This document shows, piece by piece, positions 27,207 to 36,788 of a DNA stretch of 64,000 nt; positions within the stretch are counted from its first letter, which is position 1; each line of letters begins with the position of its first letter. Made by a program: the position numbers and the translations under genes. Source of the DNA: a virus; IMG/VR virus record IMGVR_UViG_3300010430_000024, positions 9,647-73,646 of that record; one strand, 5' to 3'. The notes beneath the pieces are model-generated. The model was not told the DNA's origin. It saw only the letters and a program-made list of their open reading frames with translations, and made no database searches.

Positions 27207-27843
27207 AGTAACGCACGTAAAAGCAGCACGAAAAGACAACCCTGTCGCGAAGAAGGGAGAATCATATTACTGGTGGAAGTTCAGGTACGGTGGCAAGCGC
27301 TACTCCCTGACTTACCCGAAGGCTTCACAGCTCACCCAGTCAGCCTACTTCGGCACGGTGTATTCCATGCAGGAAGAGGTCGAGGCTTGGGAAGGCGAGG
27401 ACGTGCTTTCGTTCGAGGGGCTGAAGGAAGACATCTTGGGTCAAGTTGAAGAGCTGCGTGAAGAGACGCAGAGCAGCTTGGACAATATGCCTGACCAGTT
27501 GCAGTACTCACCGACAGGCGAGCTGTTACAGGAGCGTGTAGACGCTCTTGATAGCGCTGAGTCTGACATAGAGTGCATTGATGAGCCTGATGACGCTGAA
27601 GAGTTCGACCGTGAAGAGTTCGACCGTGAAGAGTTCGATGGCAGCGATATCGATGATGAAGATGATCGACTCGAAGCTGAAGAGGAACACGACGAAGAAC
27701 AGGACGAGCTGGAGCGTCAGCACGATCAAGAACAGAGTGATCTTGAGGGTGAGCACAACGACGAACAGGAGTCTATCTTTAGGGACTGGATAGAAAACGC
27801 TAAGTCTGAGCTGACTGATGCACTGGATGGAGCAATCGTATGA
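27199..27843 (+). CDS. Early protein with basic N-domain and highly acidic C-terminal region
   Basis: AAGGAG SD; YYWWKFRYG motif; EEFDR tandem repeats. Confidence 0.7.
   Translation: MPRVTHVKAARKDNPVAKKGESYYWWKFRYGGKRYSLTYPKASQLTQSAYFGTVYSMQEEVEAWEGEDVLSFEGLKEDILGQVEELREETQSSLDNMPDQLQYSPTGELLQERVDALDSAESDIECIDEPDDAEEFDREEFDREEFDGSDIDDEDDRLEAEEEHDEEQDELERQHDQEQSDLEGEHNDEQESIFRDWIENAKSELTDALDGAIV
27598..27639 (+). repeat. 15-bp coding tandem repeat (EEFDR, ~3 copies)
   Basis: GAAGAGTTCGACCGT x2 + GAAGAGTTCGAT. Confidence 0.85.
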
Positions 27844-28007
27844 TGACACTTGAGAGCATGACAAACGAAGACCTGCGCTGGTTCATTATGCGAGCTAAGC
27901 AGAACGTAAAGACCAACCCAAAGAATGGGTGGGAGCGCAGGTTGCGTGAATTGCGTCAGGAGCAGAAACGAAGAGTGATTTCGTAGCGACTCCACTGGAG
28001 GTGGGGC

Positions 28008-28036
28008 TTGACACCACCTCCAGAGTCAGGTATACT
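28008..28036 (+). promoter_or_regulatory. Sigma70-like promoter
   Basis: TTGACA-N17-TATACT; -35 flanked by inverted repeat CTGGAGGTGG/CCACCTCCAG. Confidence 0.75.
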
Positions 28037-28059
28037 GTCTGTTGTAAATGGAGAAAGCT

Positions 28060-28335
28060 ATGTACCAACTGATGGATTACTTTTCAGACCACGGTCACAA
28101 GACCGTGTTGGTCGGCCCAAAGGGCAGGAAGCTGATGCCCATCCTTGTGATGGAGTCCAGCGGCCTGACAGTAAAGAAGGTTCCTCTCACTGAAGAGCGC
28201 TTCCTTACTGAGATACCTCTGCCCCCAAGGTCAAGAGGAATTAGCACCGTCGCCAAAAGATTCAAGGCGTTCGGTAACAGAAATGGAATGACTAAAGCAG
28301 CCAAGTCTTTCCTGAAAAACGTATCGGCTGCATAA
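28060..28335 (+). CDS. Early hypothetical protein
   Basis: GGAGA SD, downstream of promoter. Confidence 0.55.
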   Translation: MYQLMDYFSDHGHKTVLVGPKGRKLMPILVMESSGLTVKKVPLTEERFLTEIPLPPRSRGISTVAKRFKAFGNRNGMTKAAKSFLKNVSAA

Positions 28336-28348
28336 CTGGAGAAACACA

Positions 28349-28570
28349 ATGTCACTTATTACTTTAACGGCAATAGCAAAAGTCCTGAAAGAATCAGGCG
28401 TAACTGCTGACGACATCCTTGGTGAGGCTGGTTTGTCTCGCGAAGAAGCTGTCGCAGCTCTGTCCGAAGAGCTTGGCATCAAGGCACCTGAAGGTGCTGT
28501 CGAGGTCACTGACGCTGAGGTCAGAACAGTTCGTGAAGCTCTCGCCATTCAGACGCGAATCTTCTCCTAA
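28349..28570 (+). CDS. Small acidic protein
   Basis: GGAGA SD, 73 aa. Confidence 0.55.
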   Translation: MSLITLTAIAKVLKESGVTADDILGEAGLSREEAVAALSEELGIKAPEGAVEVTDAEVRTVREALAIQTRIFS

Positions 28571-28575
28571 CTTGA

Positions 28576-28595
28576 TGGGGAGGTTCGCCTCCCCA
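28576..28595 (+). terminator. Repeated hairpin GGGGAGG-TTCG-CCTCCCC (copy 1)
   Basis: Directly after a stop codon; identical core at 30261-30278. Confidence 0.55.
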
Positions 28596-28613
28596 CTCTT
28601 TAAAGGGTGAGAC

Positions 28614-28814
28614 ATGAGTGATCCAACACTTGAAGACACATGGACAGTTTTCTGTCCACATTGCGGCGCTGATCCTATGGAGGTTTGCAAACCTATGGGG
28701 CATGGCTCAGATATGTCATCCCATTCTCTGCGGTGGAAGGCGCTGAAAAGGCAACGCATAGCCGCTGCTGATAAGGAGGTGAGTGATGCAGGAGACGATT
28801 ATGAACGACTGTAA
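28614..28814 (+). CDS. Small zinc-finger protein
   Basis: CPHC.A.P...C...H..R. Confidence 0.6.
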   Translation: MSDPTLEDTWTVFCPHCGADPMEVCKPMGHGSDMSSHSLRWKALKRQRIAAADKEVSDAGDDYERL

Positions 28815-29040
28815 ATGGTATGGAATGCACCAACGCGATAACCGCATCTGGCTGAAGCGCTTCATGAAGCACTTCGGATTGACCAGACCGCACATCGCCG
28901 CATTCGTAGAGGTAAACATCAGCACCGTAGATCGATGGCTGACACCAGAGGACGCAAAGAGCCACAGAGCCATGCCCAACATGGCACGAAAGCTGCTGTT
29001 CTCTTTGGTCGAAACTGGAGACATCAAAGAAAAGACTTGA
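28801..29040 (+). CDS. Small HTH protein
   Basis: GLTRPHIAAFVEVNISTVDRWL HTH. Confidence 0.6.
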   Translation: MNDCKWYGMHQRDNRIWLKRFMKHFGLTRPHIAAFVEVNISTVDRWLTPEDAKSHRAMPNMARKLLFSLVETGDIKEKT

Positions 29041-29064
29041 CTTCCAATGGAAGTTACCTATAAT
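29037..29064 (+). promoter_or_regulatory. Sigma70-like promoter
   Basis: TTGACT-N16-TATAAT with palindrome ACTTCCAATGGAAGT. Confidence 0.75.
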
Positions 29065-29108
29065 ACGCACATCAAGTCCGGTTGTCGGGCTTGCAATTGG
29101 AGAAAATT

Positions 29109-30254
29109 ATGAAACGTGGAATGTCACTTGAGAACCTTCTTACCACAGTAGTCGAGCAAAACAAGGTTAAGCGTGATTTCGTAGCTAACACCGGAGAGTC
29201 TATCTCCATGGTCGCCGCTACCGACATGCCTAACAAGGTTGCCTTGGTACTACTCAAGGAAGGTGCCTCTGAGCTGGAACGATTCTCGATCTCTGAGAAT
29301 TGCCACCGTCAAATCGCAGGTCGTCTTCGGATTCCTCTGAAGCACTACTTTCGTATGCTGGAAGATTACCGTGACCTGATCATCAATGAGGTCAATGCAA
29401 TCTTCAAGCAGGAACCCCAGACACGCTTGCTGCGTACACTGGATGGAAAGGCTCGTGCCTTCTTGTCCGATAAGTACAAGGTTCTGGACAACGATCAGGT
29501 TCTGGAGCAGGTCTTGCCTCCCATAGTAAAAGGCGATATCCCTTCTCAGTTGCTGTCAGCTAACATCACAGAGAACAACATGTACATGAAAGTACTGTTC
29601 ACTGATGACTCGCTGGCGCAGGACATCGGAGAGCTGGCTCGACCCTCTAACCACATTGGTGGTCAGGACAACGGTCAGACTCGCGACATCGTTCGCCCCG
29701 GTGCCATCATCAAGAACTCTGAGACTGGTATGGGTTCAATGGTCACTGAAGGGTTCTTCTACCGGGACTACTGCCTTAATGGTTGCGTCTACGGTGTGTC
29801 GAACATCTTCTCGACTAAGCGCATCCACCTTGGTGGAAAGCTGGTTGCTAATGGCGACTTCGAGGTCTTCTCGGACGAGACAAAACGCAAGCAGAATGAG
29901 CTGGTCATCGCTGAAGTTACTGACACGATGAAAGCCCTGACCAACCCAGAGAACGTCCAGAAGATGGGCGATGCTTTGAGAGCTACCAAGGAAGGTACGC
30001 AGGTCGAAAATGCTTTCGCAGCTGTTGACCAGTTGGCGAAGGAAGTAGACATCCGTGACGGTGAGAAGGAGAGCGTGATCTCGAACTTCTTGCAGGATGG
30101 CGACTTCAGTCGATGGGGTATGTTGAACGCAGTCACCAAGATCGCTAACACCGATGCTGTTGACTACGAGCGAGCTTGCGAGCTGGAGAACATCGGCTCA
30201 CAACTGATCGACATGCAGATGTCTCAGTGGAACCGCATCGCGGTAGCCGCGTAA
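29109..30254 (+). CDS. DUF932-like protein
   Basis: RAFLSDKY..LDN...NSETG.GS...CLNG...H.G...WGMLNAVT motifs. Confidence 0.7.
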   Translation: MKRGMSLENLLTTVVEQNKVKRDFVANTGESISMVAATDMPNKVALVLLKEGASELERFSISENCHRQIAGRLRIPLKHYFRMLEDYRDLIINEVNAIFKQEPQTRLLRTLDGKARAFLSDKYKVLDNDQVLEQVLPPIVKGDIPSQLLSANITENNMYMKVLFTDDSLAQDIGELARPSNHIGGQDNGQTRDIVRPGAIIKNSETGMGSMVTEGFFYRDYCLNGCVYGVSNIFSTKRIHLGGKLVANGDFEVFSDETKRKQNELVIAEVTDTMKALTNPENVQKMGDALRATKEGTQVENAFAAVDQLAKEVDIRDGEKESVISNFLQDGDFSRWGMLNAVTKIANTDAVDYERACELENIGSQLIDMQMSQWNRIAVAA

Positions 30255-30260
30255 CTGGGT

Positions 30261-30278
30261 GGGGAGGTTCGCCTCCCC
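30261..30278 (+). terminator. Repeated hairpin GGGGAGG-TTCG-CCTCCCC (copy 2)
   Basis: After stop of DUF932-like gene; followed by TTTCCCTTT. Confidence 0.55.
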
Positions 30279-30297
30279 TTTCCCTTTGGAGACGATC

Positions 30298-31314
30298 ATG
30301 AAGAAGCACCCCAAACCCGGATACCTCGGACCAGCGTTCCATCGCTATCTCGAATACCTTGAGACGGTGGAGCACGCTGTCGTCACAGGCAAGCAGCCTA
30401 AGAAGTTTCGCAACACCACCATCACAGTGAACAACCGTCTCTGGGATTGCGGTGATGAGGAACAGTTCGGTGAGATGATCAAGGATGCCTTTCCGGTTGA
30501 TGCTGTGCTCGCTGGTGTCGTCAGGTCATCAGTCAAGTACAAGCTCACCGTTGATACGTTCGTCCAGCTGGGCGACACATACGGGCACGAGCTTCTCAAT
30601 ATCTCACGCACCACACCCGTTCACCTGCCACACGAGTGGTGCACTATTATTGTTGAGGGGTTCGGCAACGACGACATCATTCTGGTTGCTCAGCGACAGA
30701 CAGCAGACAACCACAAGTCTTACCCGGAGCTGGAGCTTGAGCCTGATGAACCATTCATCTGTCTCAACATCGGAGCATATCGCTCTCGTGGCGTTGAGCT
30801 GGAGGACGGCACCACGTCACAGAACAACAAGCTAAGCTACTTCCCGGTGGAGATACACATGCGTGAAGGTGTTGTCGAGAAAGGCAACAAGGTTCTATAC
30901 GCCATGGCAGGCAAGGCTGAACCCACCAAGCAAGGTCAGAAGATCATGGACCTCCTGTACAGGACGTTCCTGATCTGGCATCACCAGTTTCACCTTCAAT
31001 CTTTACTGCGCAGTAAGAGCATCCCCGGAGCAAAGGCTTCACCCGGAAGGATGTTCCGCAGGACACAGCTGCGCAAACGAATCGATCACCCTCAGTTTGA
31101 ACACACGATCATACAAGTGGAGATGGACTCACCTGAGCCATCACAGACTGGGCGCTCGATGTTCCAGCCGCACAAGCGGCTACACCAAGTCCGAGGCTTC
31201 TGGAGGCACTACAAGAAGACAGGGCGTAAAGTATGGGTCAAGCCTCACTGGCGCGGAGATGAAAAGCTCGGTGTCGTGAAGCGAGACTTTGAAATGATAA
31301 TGCACGACCACTAG
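30298..31314 (+). CDS. Conserved phage hypothetical protein
   Basis: C-terminal HQVRGFWR...WVKPHWRG motif. Confidence 0.65.
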   Translation: MKKHPKPGYLGPAFHRYLEYLETVEHAVVTGKQPKKFRNTTITVNNRLWDCGDEEQFGEMIKDAFPVDAVLAGVVRSSVKYKLTVDTFVQLGDTYGHELLNISRTTPVHLPHEWCTIIVEGFGNDDIILVAQRQTADNHKSYPELELEPDEPFICLNIGAYRSRGVELEDGTTSQNNKLSYFPVEIHMREGVVEKGNKVLYAMAGKAEPTKQGQKIMDLLYRTFLIWHHQFHLQSLLRSKSIPGAKASPGRMFRRTQLRKRIDHPQFEHTIIQVEMDSPEPSQTGRSMFQPHKRLHQVRGFWRHYKKTGRKVWVKPHWRGDEKLGVVKRDFEMIMHDH

Positions 31315-31323
31315 GAGAAAACT

Positions 31324-31866
31324 ATGTCGTTATCACAAAAGCAGTATGCAACAAACCTGCTGGACCGACTCATCAGTCTTGATGATCAGGTCACTGGAGC
31401 GTTCTATGAGATGGGTCAGATTCTGTCTGCCATCGAACACGGAAAGCTCTGGGAGATGCTTGGCTATGAGTCGTTCGCTCATCTCGTTGAAGAAGAGATG
31501 TCGTTCACCTCTGGCACCGCTGGTAAGTACTACCACACCTACCGTCACTTCAAGCGTCTGGGCTACAACAAGACAGAAGCTCTGGAGTTGATTCGCAGCT
31601 TCAGCTTCACCCGCGTAGCGGAGTGGGCTGCTAAAGCGAAGGTCAAGGTCAGCAAGCGAGCGGTCGGTAATGCGATCAAGAAGATTCTGGAGAACAAACA
31701 CCAGATCAACTTCACCGTCAACAAGGACCAGTACGAGATGGTCAATCGAGTGCTACGCGCCCATGGTGCAGAGCAAAGCGACAGTGGTCGCTGGCTGTAC
31801 AGCACGGATGCCTTCGTTGATGCAATGAAGGTTGCTGATCGACCGAAGCTCAAAGCAGTGAGCTAA
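31324..31866 (+). CDS. Hypothetical protein, probably DNA-binding
   Basis: AGGAG SD; YEMG..L..I....LW...GY.SF motif. Confidence 0.6.
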   Translation: MSLSQKQYATNLLDRLISLDDQVTGAFYEMGQILSAIEHGKLWEMLGYESFAHLVEEEMSFTSGTAGKYYHTYRHFKRLGYNKTEALELIRSFSFTRVAEWAAKAKVKVSKRAVGNAIKKILENKHQINFTVNKDQYEMVNRVLRAHGAEQSDSGRWLYSTDAFVDAMKVADRPKLKAVS

Positions 31867-31867
31867 T

Positions 31868-31900
31868 AAAAAAGGGACCACCAGAATAGGTGGTCCCTTT
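31868..31900. terminator. Bidirectional intrinsic terminator
   Basis: AAAAAA-GGGACCACC-AGAATA-GGTGGTCCC-TTT between convergent genes. Confidence 0.8.
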
Positions 31901-31950
31901 CCATTGCACTTTGGAGAATAACAATGTGCCCCATTAGGAAGGCACAACCA

Positions 31951-32310
31951 CTATCTCACAATCTCAATCTCAATTCCATTCTCAGCCTCAACCATGGCGA
32001 TCTTCAAGGTGCCCAGTGGCGTGTCAAAGCCCTTCACATCTTCGTAGCGCATCCTTCGCTCTTCGTTGTCCCAGTACTTGAAGTCCACCACGTAGTAACG
32101 CTGCCGCTTGTTCCTGCCCATCACTGGCTTGCCACCACAGGCGAGGTTCATCTTTACCTGACACTGTAGCTCGCGAATCACTCCAGCCTTCTCCATGAGA
32201 GCCAGTTCCTGATAGCGCTCGAACTCCCTGATGGAGTCGAACGTCATGCCACCCCATTCGACCTTTTTGTTTCGGTACTTGGCTGGCTTTTTCGGTTTGT
32301 CTCTTCCCAC
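31951..32310 (-). CDS. DUF1064-family PD-(D/E)XK endonuclease
   Basis: KYRNKKV..GG.TFDS..E..RY..L...YVVDF.Y...EDVKG; start uncertain. Confidence 0.8.
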   Translation of the reverse strand: MGRDKPKKPAKYRNKKVEWGGMTFDSIREFERYQELALMEKAGVIRELQCQVKMNLACGGKPVMGRNKRQRYYVVDFKYWDNEERRMRYEDVKGFDTPLGTLKIAMVEAENGIEIEIVR

Positions 32311-32636
32311 CGTACTGCCTCTGCGAAGATGTTGTATGGAAGCTGGTCGTTTACCCATATCAGATGATCCCATTGTCTGCCGAATTGTGATTCCCATGTC
32401 TCTACTCCCATGCCTGAGTCGATGCCCATGTCGCCTATGTGATAGTCGTCCTTCAGTGGTATCTGAAGGAACGGGTTTTGTTTCTGTGCGACACCAACGT
32501 GCCAACCCATCTCCTTCATGGACCCACCATGACAGTGATGCAAAGTTATGAATGGACTACGTGAGACCGCACAACGCAGCTCACGCAGGCTCTTCTCGTG
32601 TTTGCTCACCGCTATCTGTTGGTGGAGTGTTGTCAA
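32244..32636 (-). CDS. Ref/DUF968-like HNH nuclease-like protein
   Basis: LRCAVS...TLHHCHGG...IPL..DYH.G..G....G..TWE..FG. Confidence 0.55.
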   Translation of the reverse strand: MTTLHQQIAVSKHEKSLRELRCAVSRSPFITLHHCHGGSMKEMGWHVGVAQKQNPFLQIPLKDDYHIGDMGIDSGMGVETWESQFGRQWDHLIWVNDQLPYNIFAEAVRWEETNRKSQPSTETKRSNGVA

Positions 32637-33117
32637 ACAGCACCTGTATAGGTTTTAGACTTTCAACTGGAAGGCTCAACCTTGGTCCATACCCAAAGTC
32701 ACGTGTCTCGCTTTTTTTCGCGAACTCTTTTCGATGGATGCACCCAAGTATCTTTACCTTTGTTGGCGATAGTGCCTGACAACAAATGCCAACCGGAGCA
32801 GTGAAGCACTCCATGTTGTCCATCAGGTAGTGCGGGTTTGGTCCGGTGAACGCTATCGTCTTTACATGGCAAGGCCACCCATTGATAACAATGTCTATAC
32901 CATCGTCTCCACCGACATGGACATCCATATTTAGCGGCACATCGTACTCCTTGTGCAGCGCGAACTCACCCATGCTACCGAGATACTGTAGCTCAAACTC
33001 ACCACGATCTTTTGCGTATTTTTTACTCTTCACCCGCAGCGCTCGCTTCACACACCTCTGCCGCTCTGAGAACAGCGCTATGAACTGAAGATCAAACGCC
33101 GTCAGGTCAACTATCAA
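32581..33117 (-). CDS. Hypothetical protein (PD-(D/E)XK-like)
   Basis: G.MGE.A...DDGIDI...VKT pattern. Confidence 0.5.
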   Translation of the reverse strand: MIVDLTAFDLQFIALFSERQRCVKRALRVKSKKYAKDRGEFELQYLGSMGEFALHKEYDVPLNMDVHVGGDDGIDIVINGWPCHVKTIAFTGPNPHYLMDNMECFTAPVGICCQALSPTKVKILGCIHRKEFAKKSETRDFGYGPRLSLPVESLKPIQVLFDNTPPTDSGEQTREEPA

Positions 33118-33797
33118 AACGGTGCCTCATAAACTTCGCTGTACCACTTCTGATACGGCTCCAGTATGTCCTGAACAAAACGGTTAGCCACAATGCTGTC
33201 GTGGTCAAGGTCAGCCCTACTGTTGATACCCAGTTCCTGATACATCCATAGCTTCGCAACATCTTCTCCCATGACTGGCGTTGACAGTATGTCGTCCTTC
33301 TTGTTGACCCACTCCCAGAACTCAGCGCTGCGACAGAACATAGCGGCGACATTCGATAGCTTCTGCTTCCCAGTGTCGTGCTGCTTCTCCACCCTGTCAC
33401 GCATCTTGGGGTCGATCACCTCCTGATCGTCGTCCAGCTCGAACAGGGAGATCAGCAGGGCCGTCTTCCTGTTCATCCCCTCGAACGGATGACCCATGCC
33501 ATCGTTGGCGATCCAGAACTTCGCGGTATGTCCGTTCTGCTGGCTGTCGTTCCAGCCTGCCAGCATCACCTCATCTTCGTACAAGGCGTGTCTGACTGCT
33601 CCTGCCGTGTGGCACGCCATCATGAACCGAGTCCCGGCCTTACCCTTGCGGCGCTTTGTGTACGCATGGAATGGGTTCCGCTTGTCCTCGGCCTTGTCGT
33701 TCATCGGTAGCTTGAACGTCACCGTAGAGCCTGTCTCGTCGCCCCACGCGGCACTGTGCATTGTTACCTGTGCGCTGTATGAAATCATGGTGCCCAC
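33114..33797 (-). CDS. Hypothetical protein
   Basis: 227 aa; C-terminal AAMFC....FW...GI.SRADLD motif. Confidence 0.6.
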   Translation of the reverse strand: MGTMISYSAQVTMHSAAWGDETGSTVTFKLPMNDKAEDKRNPFHAYTKRRKGKAGTRFMMACHTAGAVRHALYEDEVMLAGWNDSQQNGHTAKFWIANDGMGHPFEGMNRKTALLISLFELDDDQEVIDPKMRDRVEKQHDTGKQKLSNVAAMFCRSAEFWEWVNKKDDILSTPVMGEDVAKLWMYQELGINSRADLDHDSIVANRFVQDILEPYQKWYSEVYEAPF

Positions 33798-34738
33798 CTC
33801 ATTAGTGCTGCTGGTCGCAACCCCTCCATGTCCTCATGGAGAGAGTCAACCATATCTGTGTCTATTGCCTCTGGCATTATCACGACGGTCTCGACCTTCA
33901 GCTTCTGCTTCATGGTCTTGGCGCAGGTAAAGGCAGCAGCCTGACCAGTGAACGATGCGTCGTTGTCTGCCGCGATGATCACCTTCGTCACATGCCGTGG
34001 GATCGACTTGAACTCTGCCAGCCCGTGTGCGCTGATCGTCGCCCATGCTGGATGACCAGTGAGCGACCATGCTGCCAGTGCGGTCTCGATTCCTTCTGCC
34101 AGCACGAGCGTATCCTCCGGCTCACCAAGGCGCACACAGGCTCCTGTGATGCTCTCCAGAGTGGGCATGATCTTCTTCTCTTTGCCGTCTGGTGTCAGGT
34201 ATGTGCGGTGTATTGATACTGGCTCGCCCTTCGGGTTGCGGATAAGTCCCAGCATCGCGTTGTAGGTTCCTTTGTGCGCCTTGCCGTCATACAGGTCCAA
34301 CTTCTCGATGCCCCTGATATCCTTGCCAACCTGATCAACGATCTCCGATGGGATGCCACGACCAACCAGATAGTTATAGGCATAGAATGGCTCATTCGCG
34401 TTTGACCATGTGACGTTCAGGTTTTTCCTGCGCCTGTCGATATCAACGTCAGGCTTGAATGGCTTCTCTTCGACGTTATTCACAACCTCATCCACACGCC
34501 GTGCGGCTTCGGAAAAGTCGATGCCCAGCGTTTCCATGATGAGCTTAAACCCATCTCCTGTACCACAGTGATTGCAGAACCAGTCACCATCGTTCCGATT
34601 GTTATCGAACCTGTAACGGTCAGTGCCTCCGCATATAGGACATGATGTGTGCCGTCTACTGACGGCTGATTCACCAACAAGTTGTGTGATGATGCCATCC
34701 CACTTACCCTTGGCTGCTTGCTTGGTTGTCATTCTCAT
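33785..34738 (-). CDS. Primase (zinc-binding + TOPRIM)
   Basis: CPICGG.DRYRFD...CNHCG.GDG; AEGIETALA; AADND. Confidence 0.9.
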   Translation of the reverse strand: MRMTTKQAAKGKWDGIITQLVGESAVSRRHTSCPICGGTDRYRFDNNRNDGDWFCNHCGTGDGFKLIMETLGIDFSEAARRVDEVVNNVEEKPFKPDVDIDRRRKNLNVTWSNANEPFYAYNYLVGRGIPSEIVDQVGKDIRGIEKLDLYDGKAHKGTYNAMLGLIRNPKGEPVSIHRTYLTPDGKEKKIMPTLESITGACVRLGEPEDTLVLAEGIETALAAWSLTGHPAWATISAHGLAEFKSIPRHVTKVIIAADNDASFTGQAAAFTCAKTMKQKLKVETVVIMPEAIDTDMVDSLHEDMEGLRPAALMRWAP

Positions 34739-36263
34739 TCTGTTTCTCCATCGCTTTTGCGTATCTTATATCCATGCCCCGGCACCATGACTTCACCTCT
34801 GGTGCTGGTTCTTCGAGCGGCACTTTTGAAAAGTCATTGTCAGGCCACACGCCCATTTTCTTTTTGTATTTATGTGCCGCCCAGCCCTCTACTTTTTTCA
34901 CCTTCGGCTTCTTTGTTCCAATCGCCAGTAGCGACCTGTACCACAGCTCACGTTCCTCTGGTGTGAACTTACGCTCCTTGGCTGTGCGTCGTGATTCTGC
35001 TCTGACCTCCATCAGGTCACCAGAGCGTGACTCTACGTACCTGCCCTTCTTCTCTGGGATATGACCACAGGTCGGACACGGCAGTTGCCGGGTGTACACC
35101 GTCGCACACATGACGCATGTGATAGGCTTCTTGTCATCTAAATCCTTTTGTCGTTCAGCTGGAGTTGATATGAGAGCGCGACCCTCTTCGAGCAGCCACC
35201 TGTGGTTATCTTGGATGAAACCGTGTTCGTAGACGTTACCGCTATGGTCGATGATGCGGGAGTCTTTCTTGTTTGTGGATTCGCAAGTTCGGAGCGTCCT
35301 ACCGCCCATCTGAATATAGAGGCCCAAGTGCTTTGTCGGACGAGCGAGAACACAGGCACTCAGGCTGGGTTCATCGAACCCCTCGGTGAGTACCCCGTAG
35401 TTGCAGACAACCTGTACCTTGCCTACCTTCAGGTCGTACACCAGCTGCTTCCGTTCAGGCAGCGGCGTATCTCCATCCACGTGCGCCACCGCAACCCCTG
35501 CTTTATGGAACTCGTCGCGCAAGTTAATCGAATGTTTGACCCCGCTCGCAAACACTACAGTTGGCCTGTCATGAGCAAGCCTGTACCAGTGTTCAACAAT
35601 GTCACCAACCAATGAGCGCTGATTCATTTTCGCTTCGAGGTCAGCCGGGTCATAGTCACCACCACGAACCTTCACTCCAGTCAGGTCGAGAATGGTCGGC
35701 GCGAAGGTGATGGGTTGAACCAGATACCCGTTGTCGATCATCCACTGGGTACTGGGACCGAGCACCATGTAATCGTACACGTGACCCAGACCCTTGCCGT
35801 CTCCGCGAATGGGTGTAGCGGTCAATCCTATAACGACACTTTCACCGTAGTGGTTGATGAGTGTGATGTAGGTCGGTGCGAGAGAGCGGTGAGCTTCATC
35901 AACGATAACTATGTCAGAGTCAGGGAAGGGCAGCTTGTCCGTTGTGATACATCTGGCAGCGATAGTCTGGACACTGGCGACTTGGCAATCCGCTGCGCCA
36001 TATGGATATTCGCCAGCCATGAGAATCCCATGGTCCACTCCGAAGTTTTCGAGCTTGTCAGCACACTGGTAAATAAGCTCGCGGCGATGGGCGAGGAACT
36101 GGGAACGACGACCCTTCTGCGCGGCAAGTTTTACGATCTGTGCTGCTATGACAGTCTTGCCCCCACCAGTAGGGACGACCACGAGAATCTTCCGGTGTCC
36201 AGCGGCAATCGCCTGTCTCACCTGATTGATGATGTCGTTCTGGTAGTCGCGAAGGACGAACAC
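34704..36263 (-). CDS. SF2 DEAH helicase with zinc ribbon
   Basis: PTGGGKT, DEAH, GLTATP, QMGGR.LR, CVMC...CPTC. Confidence 0.92.
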   Translation of the reverse strand: MFVLRDYQNDIINQVRQAIAAGHRKILVVVPTGGGKTVIAAQIVKLAAQKGRRSQFLAHRRELIYQCADKLENFGVDHGILMAGEYPYGAADCQVASVQTIAARCITTDKLPFPDSDIVIVDEAHRSLAPTYITLINHYGESVVIGLTATPIRGDGKGLGHVYDYMVLGPSTQWMIDNGYLVQPITFAPTILDLTGVKVRGGDYDPADLEAKMNQRSLVGDIVEHWYRLAHDRPTVVFASGVKHSINLRDEFHKAGVAVAHVDGDTPLPERKQLVYDLKVGKVQVVCNYGVLTEGFDEPSLSACVLARPTKHLGLYIQMGGRTLRTCESTNKKDSRIIDHSGNVYEHGFIQDNHRWLLEEGRALISTPAERQKDLDDKKPITCVMCATVYTRQLPCPTCGHIPEKKGRYVESRSGDLMEVRAESRRTAKERKFTPEERELWYRSLLAIGTKKPKVKKVEGWAAHKYKKKMGVWPDNDFSKVPLEEPAPEVKSWCRGMDIRYAKAMEKQNENDNQASSQG

Positions 36264-36652
36264 TAAAACGTATCCTCTGATTTACGCGCACGGTAAGCTC
36301 GCTTCTGTTCTGCCCAGTGTGCGCGTAACGACTCCATGTTTTTCGCATTCGCATACTTCTCGTAGTTGGTAATTCTCCAGCCCCACTCTCGATGCTCATC
36401 CAACCGCACGATGCGACGACCATCCTGACCATCGGTTCTACTTGTCGGGTCATCTTCCTCAAGGGCTTTGATGCCCTTCTCAAATATCTCTTTGGGGATT
36501 GTGGTGCGATGAGATAGTGCGGTCGGGGTCATGTCCACGATGCCGTGCTTGTCTGCAAAGGTGATTAGAACCATGAAGGTGACGACTGCTTCCCAGCGAG
36601 TCTCTACCAGTGAGCCGTCGAACATCGACTCCCAAACTTTCCCGTATGCCAT
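36263..36652 (-). CDS. Short replication initiator (replisome-organizer-like N-terminal domain)
   Basis: YGKVWESMFDGS...AD..G.V...LA/LS...W.I.NY.KY pattern; upstream of helicase. Confidence 0.6.
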   Translation of the reverse strand: MAYGKVWESMFDGSLVETRWEAVVTFMVLITFADKHGIVDMTPTALSHRTTIPKEIFEKGIKALEEDDPTSRTDGQDGRRIVRLDEHREWGWRITNYEKYANAKNMESLRAHWAEQKRAYRARKSEDTF

Positions 36653-36704
36653 TGCTTCCCTTCTTAGTATTAACAGTATTGCTAATCATTGGTGGGTAGG
36701 GTTT

Positions 36705-36786
36705 ATCTACATCTACATCTACATCTATATCTACATGTACAAATGTCCGTAGACAGTCCACAGACAATAGCAACTGTCCATAGACA
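36705..36786. repeat. Putative replication origin: (ATCTAC)x6 plus three TGTC-N4-GACA-like iterons
   Basis: Hexamers 36705-36740; TGTCCGTAGACA, AGTCCACAGACA, TGTCCATAGACA. Confidence 0.55.
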
Positions 36787-36788
36787 GG

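Noticed and set aside
26565-27239. 224-aa minus-strand ORF
   Set aside because: Antisense shadow of the SD-bearing + strand ORF downstream of a strong promoter.
36480-36773. 97-aa ORF with VDIDVDVDVD
   Set aside because: Weak start and out-of-frame overlap with the initiator; better explained as origin repeats.
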